Shown here one piece after another: positions 39,924 through 53,311 of a DNA stretch of 64,000 nt (the stretch's first letter is position 1; each line of letters begins with the position of its first letter). Made by a program: the position numbers and the translations under genes. The stretch comes from Octopus vulgaris (taxonomy: Eukaryota): assembly GCA_951406725.2 (NCBI GenBank), contig OX597819.1, forward strand, positions 87,792,001-87,856,000, written 5' to 3'. Under the pieces are notes generated by a model. The model was not told the DNA's origin, made no database searches, and worked only from the letters and a program-made list of their open reading frames with translations.

Positions 39924-40534
39924 TTTTTTGTCTTCTATCATTAGCGATATACGTACTCATGTAGTACCCTTGTGTATATATGTACATATCTAATATTGTA
40001 TGTATATATTTTATTAATTTGCCTCTATGGCTGATAATTCGCTTACCACTTGTGATGGTATTTTAATAATACCATCCCTATATATATATATTATTCTTTA
40101 ACAAGAATATTAATGACTTTGAAGTTCAGACTGTGGTATTTGACAATGGCTTATTAGGCAAAAACTTTGAAGTCGCTGTCATTACTATACTTGTTAAAGA
40201 ATGATAAATATATTCTGTACAAAAAGTATTGAGCAATCCTTCAGTTTTATGTAAAATTGTTTTGTACTAAAACTTGACATAAAAACAAACATTAATATAA
40301 TATATTAACCAATCATTACTGCTGTATATGTAGCTGAAAACTAAGATGTCAGCTGCAGGTAACATGTTCATAGAGAAAGCTATCCAATTTTCATCAAATT
40401 TTTGTCTAAATGCATGCCATTCATTTGGTGAAAATTCATTAATCTATTTAATAATCACAGCTGAAAATGGTTTGTTGATTTCATAACGAAGTGGCTGAAA
40501 TAGATTGCAGAAATAGTGAAATTCCCACCTAGAC

Positions 40535-40875
40535 CAATAATTCACAACCATTTTTTTACCTATGGACCCTTCAATTGCAATTTTATTTTGGTGGGCCCCC
40601 ATAGCTATTCAGTGTCTAAAAGCTAGTTTTTTTTCTCATATTCACTTGTATAGGTTTTGCAATAGTACTCTCTGAGAGAACAAGTTTCAGTTGCCAGAAA
40701 CATGTTAAACATGTGAAAAAGAAATCGAGCTGTTTCTTGCAAGAAACACATCTAAAGGAAATTGTTTTTGTTTTCTTTTCATGGGCCCTTAAAATACTAC
40801 TGTAGATCCCCAGTTTACTACTTTGCTTGCATGGACCACAAAAATTCTCATATGGATTCCTATTAAGGACCACTG
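40535..40875. mobile_element. hAT (Charlie-like) MITE
   Basis: Identical 8-bp TSD ACCTAGAC at 40527-40534 and 40876-40883. Decayed CAGTGGT..-type TIR. Confidence 0.8.
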
Positions 40876-43086
40876 ACCTAGACTTGACAATGTTGAGAAT
40901 TATTTTTCATGATGTTCATGGTTGTTTATGCAACCATCTGATGAATCATCACCTCGGCCCATAGTGAATATAATTTATGTAATTGAGATAACATAAATTT
41001 ATCTCTTTGGGTTACACATCTTTTTGCTGAAAGCTTAAAGAAAAAACATTAGGATAATATATATATATATATATATATATATACTTTCTTTCAAAATTAA
41101 CTGAAGCTGGCATAGTTATGTAGATTATACCACAAGATATCTATGTGATGCATGTGTTGAGGTTAATGTCAGTCTTGATTGAACAGAATTGTGATCAAAG
41201 AAGTTCCTACTGTGGCCATCTCATTTTTCTCAAAATCTAATTCCAATACATCCATATTTAAGATGATAAGGTATTATTTGAGGGAGATTTAACTACTATT
41301 TCTTAATTAGTAATGGATGTGTTAGTGGTTGTGATCGTGTTGATACTAAGTGCAATAAATTAGAATAGCTTTTCTGTATACATGAAATACCTGATAACTT
41401 GAAGTGATCAGGTTTTATGTGATAAGAGACACTGAGAAATAATTGTATCCAACAGTTAAGCCATATGTTTGTATCATGTTACTAAGTGACTATGTAAGTA
41501 GAGAAACATTTCCTGAAGTGTGTTGGCTACTAATCTGAAATCAAAAATTCAAGAGAAATTTAGAAAGATATTCTACAGTAAACAAACTAGTTGACATTGG
41601 TTGTAACATCTTATACAATTTGAAAGATTATGATTGTGTTATCTCAATCAAGTTAGTCCAATGCAGTACTGCACACTATTCAATCATTTCTTCAAGTATT
41701 TATTGACTTTTAAAGAACAATATTTACTAATAAACAATTTTTAAATACTCTACTGGTTTCACAGAGTTAAACAATACTAACCTCAAAAATTTTGAACTGC
41801 TGATCAAATAGTCAACAATAATTCATACCCTAACATTGTGCTGTGTCTATGATCTGAACAACTTAAATCCTGCTGGAGATAATCACCTTGCTGTAAAGAG
41901 CTGCACAGCTCCCTGCAAAGAACATGAACATTGCACCATTATTAAGAAGTTTTTCAACTTACAGCATTTTTGCCTGTGCAGCACCTTGGACAAGTGTCTT
42001 CTATGTTGCACTCCATGTTCCATAATGGCATGGGTTGGATGATTTGACAGGATCTGATGGGTCCAAGGACTGATTCATGCCCCTTTGTCTGCTTTAGTAT
42101 GAATACTATGGCTGGATGCCTTTCCTAACACCAACCACTTTACAACATGTACTGGGTGCATTTTTCATGCTATCTGCACTAGTGAAGTAGAAATACAGCA
42201 CATACAAGACTATGAATACAATAGTTGGTGGTTATGCTGGGAGATAATATGTTAAAGTATAAGAGAAGGGAGAATCAGGTTACATACTGTGCAAGGGTTA
42301 TATAACTACTCATATTTAAAAGACAGTGTTTGATGGATTGAGTAGAGCTGGAAATAGAATAATGGTAATGAAGTGGCAGCTCAAGGTACTTGGTGAATAG
42401 GAAAGGAGACATGAAGTATGAGTAGGTGTTGCAGGAGTATACAGAGAAGTGAGAGATGGGTGAATGGGGACGATTTATAAATCCTACCAAAACAAACTTG
42501 ACTAAATAACAGCCTTAATCAAATTAACAGATAAATCGATAATGGATTAAGAAATTTAAAAAAAACATCAACACACAAGAAATATAAGTACCATGCCTGA
42601 AAGCAACCAATAAAGAAGCAGGAAAATTTCAGCCAATCAGCTAAATGTAAACCAATGAACAAGCACAAGAGACCACACTAATAAATATAAACATACACAC
42701 AAAAACCAAGTTATGATAGTCCTGGTCTGAAGATTGCAGTGGTGTGAAAACCTGTGTGACAAGATATGCATTTAGCTTCAATAAACAATATAAATAAAAT
42801 ATACATGCTTATGAGAATGTTTACATTCTTTGATCAAATGAGCCACAGTTGATGCTCTCCAGTATCATTTCCCTGCCAACAAATTATTTGTAGCTTTGTG
42901 CTTTTGAAAATGTGTGGAGTGAAAAACTCACTTGAGAAACAAAACTTAGCAGTAGGAAGGAGTGTAAAACATTTCTTTCACAATATGCATTCATCTGAGC
43001 TATACAAACATAGGAAATCATCAAACAAATGAACCAGAGAATCAGGAAATGGTAACTAGAAGTTACACTATATATATATATATATA

Positions 43087-43568
43087 CAGGATACGATAGG
43101 TAAATTGTCATCATTTTATATATTTAATTTTATGCTTGTGCATTGTTTGTTTTTGATTCTCTTGACTACACAGTATAGTAGGGTTAGTTGGGCACCATCT
43201 GCGAGAAAAACAGCACCAAGACACAATTCCTCCTGCCAGAAATTTGAAAACATGCTGTACCGCTTGCTATTCACACTGGAAGCTCCAGAAACCAACAAAA
43301 CTCCTTGTAACACCAAAGATGAACTGAAGGCAGGGATTATGGATCATTCACCAACTTAGACAAGAAGATCATCCAAAAGCATTGCAAGAAATTCCAAAGT
43401 TGTCTGGAGGCTGTGATTGAAGCCAATGGTAATTTTATTGAATGAATTTACTCTTTAGTATTTCAAGATATTTTTATGTAATTTTGGTGAATATGTCTCT
43501 TAAAATGAGATGTCAGTGTTATTTTCATTTTTGTGTAATTTAGACGATAGTTTATTCACCACACCCTG
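43087..43568 (+). mobile_element. Internally deleted derivative of the DD37D element
   Basis: Both ends match the two ends of 36051-37275 in opposite orientation; most of the transposase is missing. Confidence 0.85.
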
Positions 43569-45009
43569 TGTATGTTCATTATTTACATTTCATGAATATT
43601 TATTCGAAATTTTCCCCAGACACCTGGTGAAGGCTGGAGGGTATATCAGCCAAAACGTGTCAACAACAAAGAAGATGAGGACAAATATCTGTCAAATGTA
43701 AACAATGTACATAATTCCTCATCTCTTAAATATAGAACAGTATTACCCTGTGTATATATATAATATATATTTGAAATGGTTTTTCTTCAAAGAAGGAAGT
43801 TATCTACTGGTTTAAGACATAACTCAGTCTTGTACTTTCACGATTTTGTTAAGCACCTCCTAAACCAAATGGTTACATTAAATTAGATGTCAGATTAGGT
43901 CTACTGCGCCTGAACAGAAATGCTTCTAACAGTCTTCTGATTTTGTCTGGCAAATTTAACATTGCTTTGGTTGACCTTTACCTATAATGCTTTAGAATAG
44001 GATTGAACCTGAATCTATGTAAATGCATAGCAAACTTTGTAACAATGGTCAAGTGGTGACCATAAAAAGGAAAAAGAATTGAATGTAAAACTCCTGATAT
44101 CTATTAAGCATTAAATTCATCCTTGATGTCTTGGTTATAATAGGAACCCCTTTTGAAACATATCCATACCAGCTCTCTTAGATATCTTTTTAATAAAGAG
44201 AATAAATATGGATTAACCAATAGCTATTCTTAATATCAGTTGATAGCTAATCTTGAAAAGAAATAAGGCAACATTTGGAACCCAAGGAAATGGTGTTGAT
44301 TTGTGTTGTCAGCAATTACCATATTTTCCAGTATACAAGTCAACAAAGGATATAGTGTAAACATTCAACCATTGTCACAATTTTTCCAAATTCTGCAACA
44401 TTTCACATGGTGTTTTTGATTCTCCAAAATTGGCTTGATGTATAAATGAACCTACTTTTTCAGGCAGTAATTTTTTAACTGAAAAATTAAATTTGTATTC
44501 CAGAAAATACAATAGTCAGTAGGAAAATTCATGGAAGAATTTGATAAGCCCATTGAAGAGCTTGATATTTCAGGCTCTTGCCCTTCATCAAATAATTAAG
44601 TGGTATTGTCATTTGATTTAGGGAAAGATAACTGGGAAGAAATAAACATATAACAATCACATCACAGTAAAACCATTTAGGTCAGTAATGGTATTCTAAA
44701 GTCTCTGATACTATATTATATGGCACAGTCTAATGGAGATACATATTTAAAAAGATTTGATTACAATGGTAATCTATTGCATGCCCTTGCCAGCTCAGTC
44801 TCTTCTCTTACATCTAATTCCTCTTATACCTGCATTCGTCTTCTCTCAGCTTGCTTGTGGTCCATTACTCATGCACACAAACATTATATACATGGTCACA
44901 TCATTTCTTTCCAGTCTTCACACATCCTTTATATTCAATACCGATGTTTTACTACCACACTTCATTTCACTTCATATGCAAATACCATGCAAGCTTTTTT
45001 TTTTTTTTA

Positions 45010-45230
45010 GAGGGAAAAATTTCTTTATTGCTAGCAGAGTTAATAGCTTCCCAAACTTTTCCCATCCACTTCTTTCTCTGGCCATCATGCTTTCAGACCA
45101 TCCATTTCTATTGCTAACTGGGTCATTTACATAGCAGAAGCTATCAGCTATGTCTAAAGAACCTTCTGAATATCTGGAAGAATTTATTTCAATGCAGCCC
45201 TTACTGTTAACTACAGTTTTCATTCACAAA
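45010..45230 (-). mobile_element. RTE LINE fragment
   Basis: DSFCYVND..GWEKFGKLLTLL is homologous to DSFHYLGD..WAKFRELLLLL at ~51700. Confidence 0.65.
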
Positions 45231-46682
45231 GTAAGGCTGGGTGTGTTTCTCTGATGCTACAACACCTCTTGTGTACCCATATTTTACACTAGATATACTA
45301 TTAGGAATAGTATATACCAACTACTTCTCAGTAAATTATTCATGTCCACTTTCCAGATGTCAGCAAGATCCTGTTAAAATTTTCGTCTTTGCTAGCTCTA
45401 CTCTGGGGCCCTTCCTCACAGCTTTCGTCTACCAAGTTTCTGTTACTAAATATTGGTCAAAGCAAGGCTGTGGTAGAAAACACATGTCCTATGTGCAATT
45501 TAGTGGAATCAGACCAAGAACCACATGATTACCATGTGAACTTACACCAGTAATTTTTGTATCCATTTTTCCATTCTGACATGGATTGGGCAGAAGTGTT
45601 TCACCATTTAGGTTCTTTCATCATCATTTTTGTGATCAGATTTCATTTCTTCCCATGTCTTTGAGCTTCCTCTTCTGCAGGCTCCTTTATTTTGCATCAT
45701 TTGACACTTTTTTCTCAACTACCATTCTTTGTATGCATCACATTTCTATACAAGCCCAGTTTTCTTTCCATAGTCACTATAATTAATAGCCCAAATTCTT
45801 AGTTTTTCTCTTGGTTTCTCTGTTCTTCATTGTTCAATAATGTTGACATTAAACGTTTTGCAGAGAATGGTCATCTCATTTTCCAATTTTACTATATCCT
45901 TACATTAGGTGCTCAGGTGCTAACTAGCAATTTCACACTTTGCACCCAGTTGTCATACAACCTGCCCTTTGTATACATTTGAGATGATAATTCCCTGAAC
46001 TTTTTCCTGTGTTCTTTTTCTTGCTGTAGTGGTTTGCAATAAATTACTTAAAAAACACTATACAAAGAACATTTGGCAACCAGATCAGTGGGTTATATGA
46101 ATTTCAGTTCACTAACCTCTCATCCTTGTTATGTGTAAGTTGTATAACTAGTAAATTTATGAATATTTATACTTTCCCATGGTTTAATCAAGTTCTTTTT
46201 ATCAACATCCAATAACATGCTGCAAAGTCACAAATATCAATATTGAAATTTTGTTGTGTGGGAACAATATAGTAGTTTAATCAATGCAATAAACAAAATG
46301 GATTCCAGCTCAGCTGTGACCATTCTTTGTAGAACTATCTAAGTGTAGAATTTCTTTTGTCACATTTAGGAGTGAATTAAGACAGGGTATTTAAGAGAAA
46401 TTTGGCTGCATTTTCTAGCAATTCAAGCAATCATGTAAAGGCTCCCTTTGTCCTGTATTAAGTAGAATTGGTCAAACAGTTATCAGCATTGTCTCATTAT
46501 TTAATGACCACTCCCAATGTACCAGCCAGTAGACTAGAACCTAAGAACTTTTGGTTGGGAACTATGCTTCTTAACTACACACCCATGACTGTGATTAATG
46601 TAGTAAACATGAATGGAAAATACATGTAGTGTCACTAACTGCCAATTATCAGTATTGCTATTTTCAGTAATAATATTAATAG

Positions 46683-46721
<39 letters not shown>

Positions 46722-47018
46722 TGATGGTGTGACAACAAAATAATGAATGAGACCTCGATATTATGTAAATAAGAAGAATTTATCTGTAATATTTGCGACA
46801 ATTATTCGGTTGCCATAATAAAACTCCGAGTTTTGGATGTCGTTATTAAGACAATAAAAAAATGCTATGAAAATGACCGTTAAACAATGGGAAATTACTA
46901 TGTAAATGACCATTATTAAGACAAACAAAAGAGCTATTAGAATGTTAAATAAAAGAAAAAAACCGAAGGGGAGAAAGTAAAAAACACCCATAGATTTCTC
47001 GTATGCTTGCATGTACAT

Positions 47019-47074
<56 letters not shown>

Positions 47075-47449
47075 GTATATAAATATACATACCTGTGTTT
47101 ATATACATGTGTGTATATATATGTATACATGTGTTTATATACGTGTGTAAATGCAAAAGATGTCACCCAAGAGTAACGTCCCTTGATTCATTGTTTTAGT
47201 CACGTGAATTTGTGAGAATCTCTGAGATCTAAGTGAAGCTGTGTTTTCCAAAATGGAGATGAACATCTTTTTCCGTGTGAATGACTTGAAAAATTATTAA
47301 GACACCAAGATATTTTCTTACTTTTCTTGAAACTAATGGTAGCCTTAATACACAAATAAAGAAATTATATCCATCAATGCAATATTGAACACTCATTTTC
47401 ATTATTCAATATTTATGTATATATATATATATATATGATGTGTGTATGC

Positions 47450-47487
<38 letters not shown>

Positions 47488-47654
47488 AAGTATTATTACT
47501 ATTATTTAAAATAGTAATAATAAAGTGGCCAGCAAGCTTAACCTAAATAGGTAAAATATACAAATAAATTAAGGTACCAGAATACCACTTGCTACAAATA
47601 AGAGTTAACACTCCAAAGCCACAAATTTCTCACTATTAAGCTTACTCTATTCAT

Positions 47655-49398
47655 CTTTTAGGCAAGGCGATGAAGATTGATTCCAGCGTTGCTTTAGGAA
47701 TATCCCTTGAGTTGTATACAAGGTTCGCTATCTCTGTTAATTTTTCTACTCCAAAACTCCCCAAAGCATTTACTAGTTCAAACGCAGAGTCATTTTCCGT
47801 CGCTTTTCCACTTTTCATCTTGTCCATAGCCTTCTTGATTTCAGCTGCTGTAATCATATGGCCATCCATCGGCTTTGCTTGTCTCTGGTTTTTCTTTTCT
47901 TCCGTCATCAGCGTAGAGACCTTTGATGTAATTGGTCCACCTTTTCTTGACTGTCTCATCATCTATCAGAATTATGCCATCTTTGTCTTTAAAAAATCTG
48001 TCAGATTTTTCTTCCTCTTAAATGAAGCCTGTCTAAATTTTTCATGTACCGTCTGTGCATCTTTCTTCTCCAGCTCTTTAATCTCTTCACAACACCCCTC
48101 CAGATATTCTTCCTAAAAAGTCTGGAACAATCAAGTGCAAAAATCACAGAACGATAAGCCTAATGAGTCATGTAACAAAGATTATTTTGAGAGTGGAGTT
48201 GAATCGAGTGAAAGTTACTATTAGAGGAAATCTACCAGATGAACAGTTCAGCTATCGAACAGAAAAGGGGACGAGAAATGCAATTCTCTGCTTGAGGATT
48301 TTGATGGAAAAGTGTATAGAGAATCAAAAAGATTTGTACATCTGTTTTATTGACTATGTGAAGGCGTTTGACTGTGTCAAGCATGAAGAGTTGGTGAGAA
48401 TGTTGGAAAAACTCGAGATTGATGGGAAAAATCTAAGAATGATTTTAAATTTGTATTGGGACCAGAAAGCAGCCATCAGAGTGAATGGAGAATTGGGCGA
48501 CTGAACTGACATTCAGAAAGGCATCCGGCAGGGTTGCATTTTGTCACCTGATTTATTCAACCTTTATAGTGAGAAAGATCTAAGCAAAATCAAGACAATT
48601 GCAGGGCTACACTGGGGGAAAGGAATTATAACAATCTGAGGTATGTAGACGATACGGCTTTGTTTGCGGACACAGAAGAGATGCTTCAGGGATTGATTAA
48701 TATTGTGACTGAGGAGAGTGGAAAGCTTGGAGTGATGATTAACTCCCAGAAAACCTTCTCAATGTCTGTACAAAGAAAGCACAGGTACCCGCATGTTGCT
48801 TGACGGTGAATGGAAGGACAGTTTCATATATCTGGGAAGTTGGATAATATCAGATGGAAGGTCAGATAAGGGCATCACGTGCAGAATTGGGTTAGCAAAA
48901 AAGACTTTTATGGATATGAGGAGCAATTTTTGTGCAAAGAGAATTGGAATAGAAGTCAAGAAAAGACTATTGAAGTGCTACATCTAGTCGGTGCTAATGT
49001 ATGGATGTGAGTCTTGGATGATAAGCAAAGTCATGGAGAAGAGACTCAAAGCTGCAGAAATGTGGTTTTATAGAAAAATGCTTAGAATCTTGTGGGTACA
49101 GAGGGTGATGAACGTGAAAGTATTGAAGAAGATGAAAGTGAAGAGACAGTTGATGGATACTATCAGAGAGAGAGAGACAGTGGAAATTTGTTGGTCATTT
49201 TCTCAGAGAAGATGACGGAATGGAGTGTTACATGGTGGAGACTAAGCTGATGGGAAGGAGAGCGAGAGGAAGGCAGAGAATGAAGATGTTCAACTGGATG
49301 AAGAATGAATGTGCAGAGTGAGAAAGACCTGGGTGATGTTGCGGGAGACAGAAATAAATGGAGGAGGAACAAACCATGATTCATCAACAGAGAGAGAG
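47655..49398 (+). mobile_element. RTE-clade LINE with inverted 5' segment and (AG)n tail
   Basis: Plus part 48112-49398 has RTISLMSHVTK, CFIDYVKAFD, GIRQGCILSP, YVDD and YGCESW. Minus part 47655-48113 encodes the immediately upstream region ending IFIALPK. Confidence 0.9.
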
Positions 49399-50582
49399 TA
49401 TTCAGAAAGCTTATTGTATTCATCTATTTATCAAAATATTCATTTCATTACACTATGTGCATTTGTCCATTTGAATGTCCCCACAACATTCAAAAGTGAA
49501 CATAAAGTAAGTAAAATTTAAAATTAAGAAAGTATTATTATCTTAATTAAAAATAGCAATAATAGTAAAGTGGCCTGCAAGTTTAACCTAAATAGGTAAA
49601 ATATACATTTAATGTGCACAGTATAACAAAATGAATATTTTGCAAAATAGGTGAATACAGTAAGCTTGACTGACAATCTTTAGGTACTAACATACTAAAG
49701 GTGAAATCAATTGATACCAAGATATTTGTTCTTGCTTTGTGGCTTTTACAAGGTAAGGCCTATTTTTATTATATCAGCCGAAACGTTGTGTTAACAAAAG
49801 GACAAATATCTGTCATATGTAAATAATGTATGTACGGATATATATATATCTTTAGTTAAATATATTCAGTAAGAATATTATATACTGAATTTATATTGAG
49901 TGCTCAATTGTATCAAAGTATTGATACCATTAAAGTATTTATATATTTGATATGAGCGATTATATACATATATATTTTTTAATAATATATTATAATTAAT
50001 ATTAGGAAATCAATATCAAAACTCCTCAGAAAGATATACACGTATGAAAAATAATTGTTGTTTATATATATTTATGTATGTATATATGCACTTGAGCTCT
50101 TGCTAGAAAGTGGAGGTAAAAACCCCCAACTTCACCATCAATCTCACTGAAAATATGCAATGGACCAACAGAAATCAAGCAAATTAGTGGAATTTCACAT
50201 ACTATCTCAGCTAAAAACCCATAGAATAAGGTAACAGATATACCTGGATCACAATTTTGAATTCTAGTTAGCACCTCAGTTTTCCTCAGCAGGACTTGCC
50301 ATACCAGTTCAGTTTCAATCTCAAGTTGTGTATATCTCATTCCAACATTCTCACACATTAACATCTCCGTTATAAGGGTGTAGGATAGAAATCAGCATTC
50401 GATCTGATTGAATTGGTAGCAAAATTTTCAAAGAACTGAAACGTCTATGTGACTAAAATCTTAAAACCAATTCAAATAGAAGACTTTTTTTGTCTTTCTA
50501 CAATAGGCACAAAGCCTGAAATTTATTGAGAAGAGGTCTTACATGACTTGGTCATGTGTTGCATGCTTTCCCAATTGTTTTA

Positions 50583-52735
50583 AGTGCATATGGAAGTACC
50601 ACCTATGGGCTGTTGACTCAACTGAGGGACCAGCTATCCTAGTTGACAGTACCTTGGTAGATAAAGCAATTAAGAGTATGAAGACAGAGAAAGCCCCTGG
50701 CCCATCAGGAATTACTGCAGAGATGCTCAAAATATCTGGTAGTGTCAGCTATAGCCTAGTCACCTGTATAGTTAACCAGCTGATACACGAAGGAGTCAAA
50801 TCCAATGACTGGTGTAGCAGCATAATATTTAACTGCTACAAAGGTAAAGGTGACACTATAGATACAAATAATTATAGAGATATCAAGTTGTTGGATCTGG
50901 TAATGAAAGTCATGGAGAGGGTCATAGCCCAACTAATTAGGGAGAGAGTCAGTTTAGATGAGATGCAGTTTGGGTTAGTACCAGGGAAAAGCACCACTGA
51001 TGCTATATTTCTGGTAAGACAGCTGAAGGAGAAATACCTAGCCAAAGATAAACCTCTGTACCTGTCTTTCGTTGACATGGAAAAAGACTTTCACAGGGTC
51101 CCCCGATCCCTCATCTGGTGGTCAATGAGGAAACTAAGGATAGATGAATGCTTAGTGAGAGCTGTGCAAGCCATGTACAGGGATGCTGTCAGTAAGGTGA
51201 GGGTTGGCAACAAGTACAGTGAAGAATTCCGGGTAGAGGTAGGGGTCCACCAAGGCTCAGTCCTCAGCCCCCTCCTATTTATCATAGTCCTCTAGGCAAT
51301 AACAAAAGAATTCAAGACAGGATGCTCCTCTATGCTGACGACCTTGCTCTAATTGCTGAGTCACTATCAGAAGTAGAGAAGTTTCAAGTGTGGAAACAAG
51401 GATTAGAATTGAAGGGCCTTAGAGTCAACCAAGCTAAAACCAAAGTTCTAATAAGTAGGAAGGCAGGCAAACCACAAATCCCTTCAGGTAGATGGCCCTG
51501 CTCGATCTGTAGAAAAGGCGCACGTAGAAACTTTATAAGATGTACTCAGTGTACACTATGGACACATAAGAGGTGCAGCAAGGAAGGCTAACTGGGAAGA
51601 TTGTTTTTGTATGTGGCAGATACTCAGGAGCAATAAACACTGAAAATGTGCAGAGAACAACTTCCGCCACATTCCAGGGAGAAAAACTAGAAGTAGTTGA
51701 TAGCTTCCATTACCTAGGTGACCAGGTCAGTAGCAGGAGTGGGTGTGCTGAAAGTGTAGCTGCTAGAATAAGAATAGTCTGGGCAAAGTTCAGAGAGCTC
51801 CTACTTCTGCTGGTGATAAAGGGCCTCTCACTCAGAGTAAAAGGTAGACTGTATGATGCATGTGTGCAAACAGCCATGCTACATGGCAGTGACACATGTG
51901 CATGATTGCTGAGGACATGCATAAGCTTGCAAGGAATGAAGCTAGTATGCTTTGCTGGATGTGTAATTTCAGTGTGCATAAACGACAGTGTAAGTGCCCT
52001 GAGAGAAAAGTTGGATCTAAGAAGCATCAGATGTGGTGTGCAAGAGAGATGACTGCACTGGTATGGTCATGTGTTGCATATGGATGAGGATAGCTGTGTG
52101 CAAAAGTGTCACACTCTAGCAGTAGAGGGAACCTGTGGAAGACGCAGACCCAGGAAGACCTGGGATGAGGTGTTGAAGCATGACCTTTGGTGACCAAGAC
52201 CTTTGGAGATATGCTGTGCTTGAGAACACCTGGGAAGCCAAGTGAGACTGTAACCATGGCCCATGCCAGTGCAGCATAACAAGCCCATTTAAGAGTACCC
52301 TTCAATCATTGGGCAATAAACTGCGCTTGCAAAGACCTGTTGAGGCAAGTGAAGTCATTGTCATGGCCAATGACAGTACCACCTGATTGGTACCCATGCC
52401 AGTGGCATGTAAAAAGCACCATTGAGCATGGTTGTTGCCAGTGCTGCCTGACTGGCTCTTGTCCTGGTGGCATGTAAAAAGCACCATCCAAGCATGGCCG
52501 ATGCCAGTAGCGCTTGACCGGCCTCGTGCTTGTGGCATGTAAAAAGCACCCACTACACTCTCAGAGTGGTTGGTGTTAGGTAGGGCATCCAGCTATAGAA
52601 ACATTGCCAGAATCGGATAGGAACCAGGTGCAGCCTTCTGGCTCACCAACCCTCACTCAAATCATCCAACCCATAACAGCATAGAAAGCGGACATTAAAT
52701 GACAATGATGACGACGACGATGATGATGATGATGA
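50583..52735 (+). mobile_element. 5'-truncated RTE LINE (RT, Cys-rich insert, structured 3' UTR, (GAT)n tail)
   Basis: KAPGPSGI, FVDMEK, GVHQGSVLSP, YADD, WPCSIC..C..C..WTHKRC, with stops and frameshifts. Confidence 0.92.
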
Positions 52736-53160
52736 GGGGAAGTCAAAAATTATTCCCACTTTTGCCGTAGCATATCTCTATTATTGTCACACTGCCTTCT
52801 GTGTATGTCTGCTTATAATTGGTACTATTGTGGTCACATAATCGAAGTTTGAACCTGATCATGCCATTTTACTTTCTGGCTTTACAATGTAAATATGGCT
52901 GCTCCACTAGCAATATGCACCAAAGAAGAACAAAGTGCAGTGATCTGAGAGATGGTAATGGAGAACCAGTTCACCATTACCATCTCTCAAGCTTGCTGAA
53001 TCTTCTTGTCAGTGGTGGAGGTTGACAGGTGTCCTACTTCCTCTTCATGCACCATGATTGTCAGGCCACTTTTAAAGTTCTTGATCCACTCATACACACT
53101 TCTACACGGTAGTTCACTCTCTCCTTTTGTGCTAAAAGCCTCCAATGACCCCCCCTCCAC
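52733..53160. mobile_element. Mariner 5' remnant with internal inversion
   Basis: TIR-like start GAGGGGAAGTCAAAAATTAT. MAAPLAICTKEEQ lies on +, while RSVYEWIKNFK..STSTT lies on -. Confidence 0.6.
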
Positions 53161-53311
53161 ACTTTTTTTTTTTGAACCAGGAGGAGATAGTGAGGTCATA
53201 AAAGCCTTGCTTCAGTTGAGATTGAATAATATAAATTTGTCCTTATTGTAAAAGGCACCTGACACACTTTTCAACCAGAGAAATCAGATCACTACTTTTG
53301 TTCTTCTTTCG

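Noticed and set aside
42720-42765. CUGAAGA..GAAA motif in a possible Penelope-like 3' end
   Set aside because: Stems II and III pair poorly and there is no clear cleavage triplet; too decayed to call.
46720-46860. Possible hammerhead on the minus strand (CCGAAUAAUUGUC)
   Set aside because: GAAA is incomplete and no CUGAnGA or UUGAnAA lies upstream within the element.
46761-47166. Hydrophobic 131-aa ORF and similar short ORFs (4515, 27585, 28359, 58288)
   Set aside because: They translate microsatellite, T-rich or repeat DNA and show no domain or splice support.
52402-52550. CRISPR-like array (19-bp repeat, 46-bp spacers)
   Set aside because: Spacers are homologous to each other, it lies in an RTE 3' UTR of a eukaryote, and no cas genes are present.
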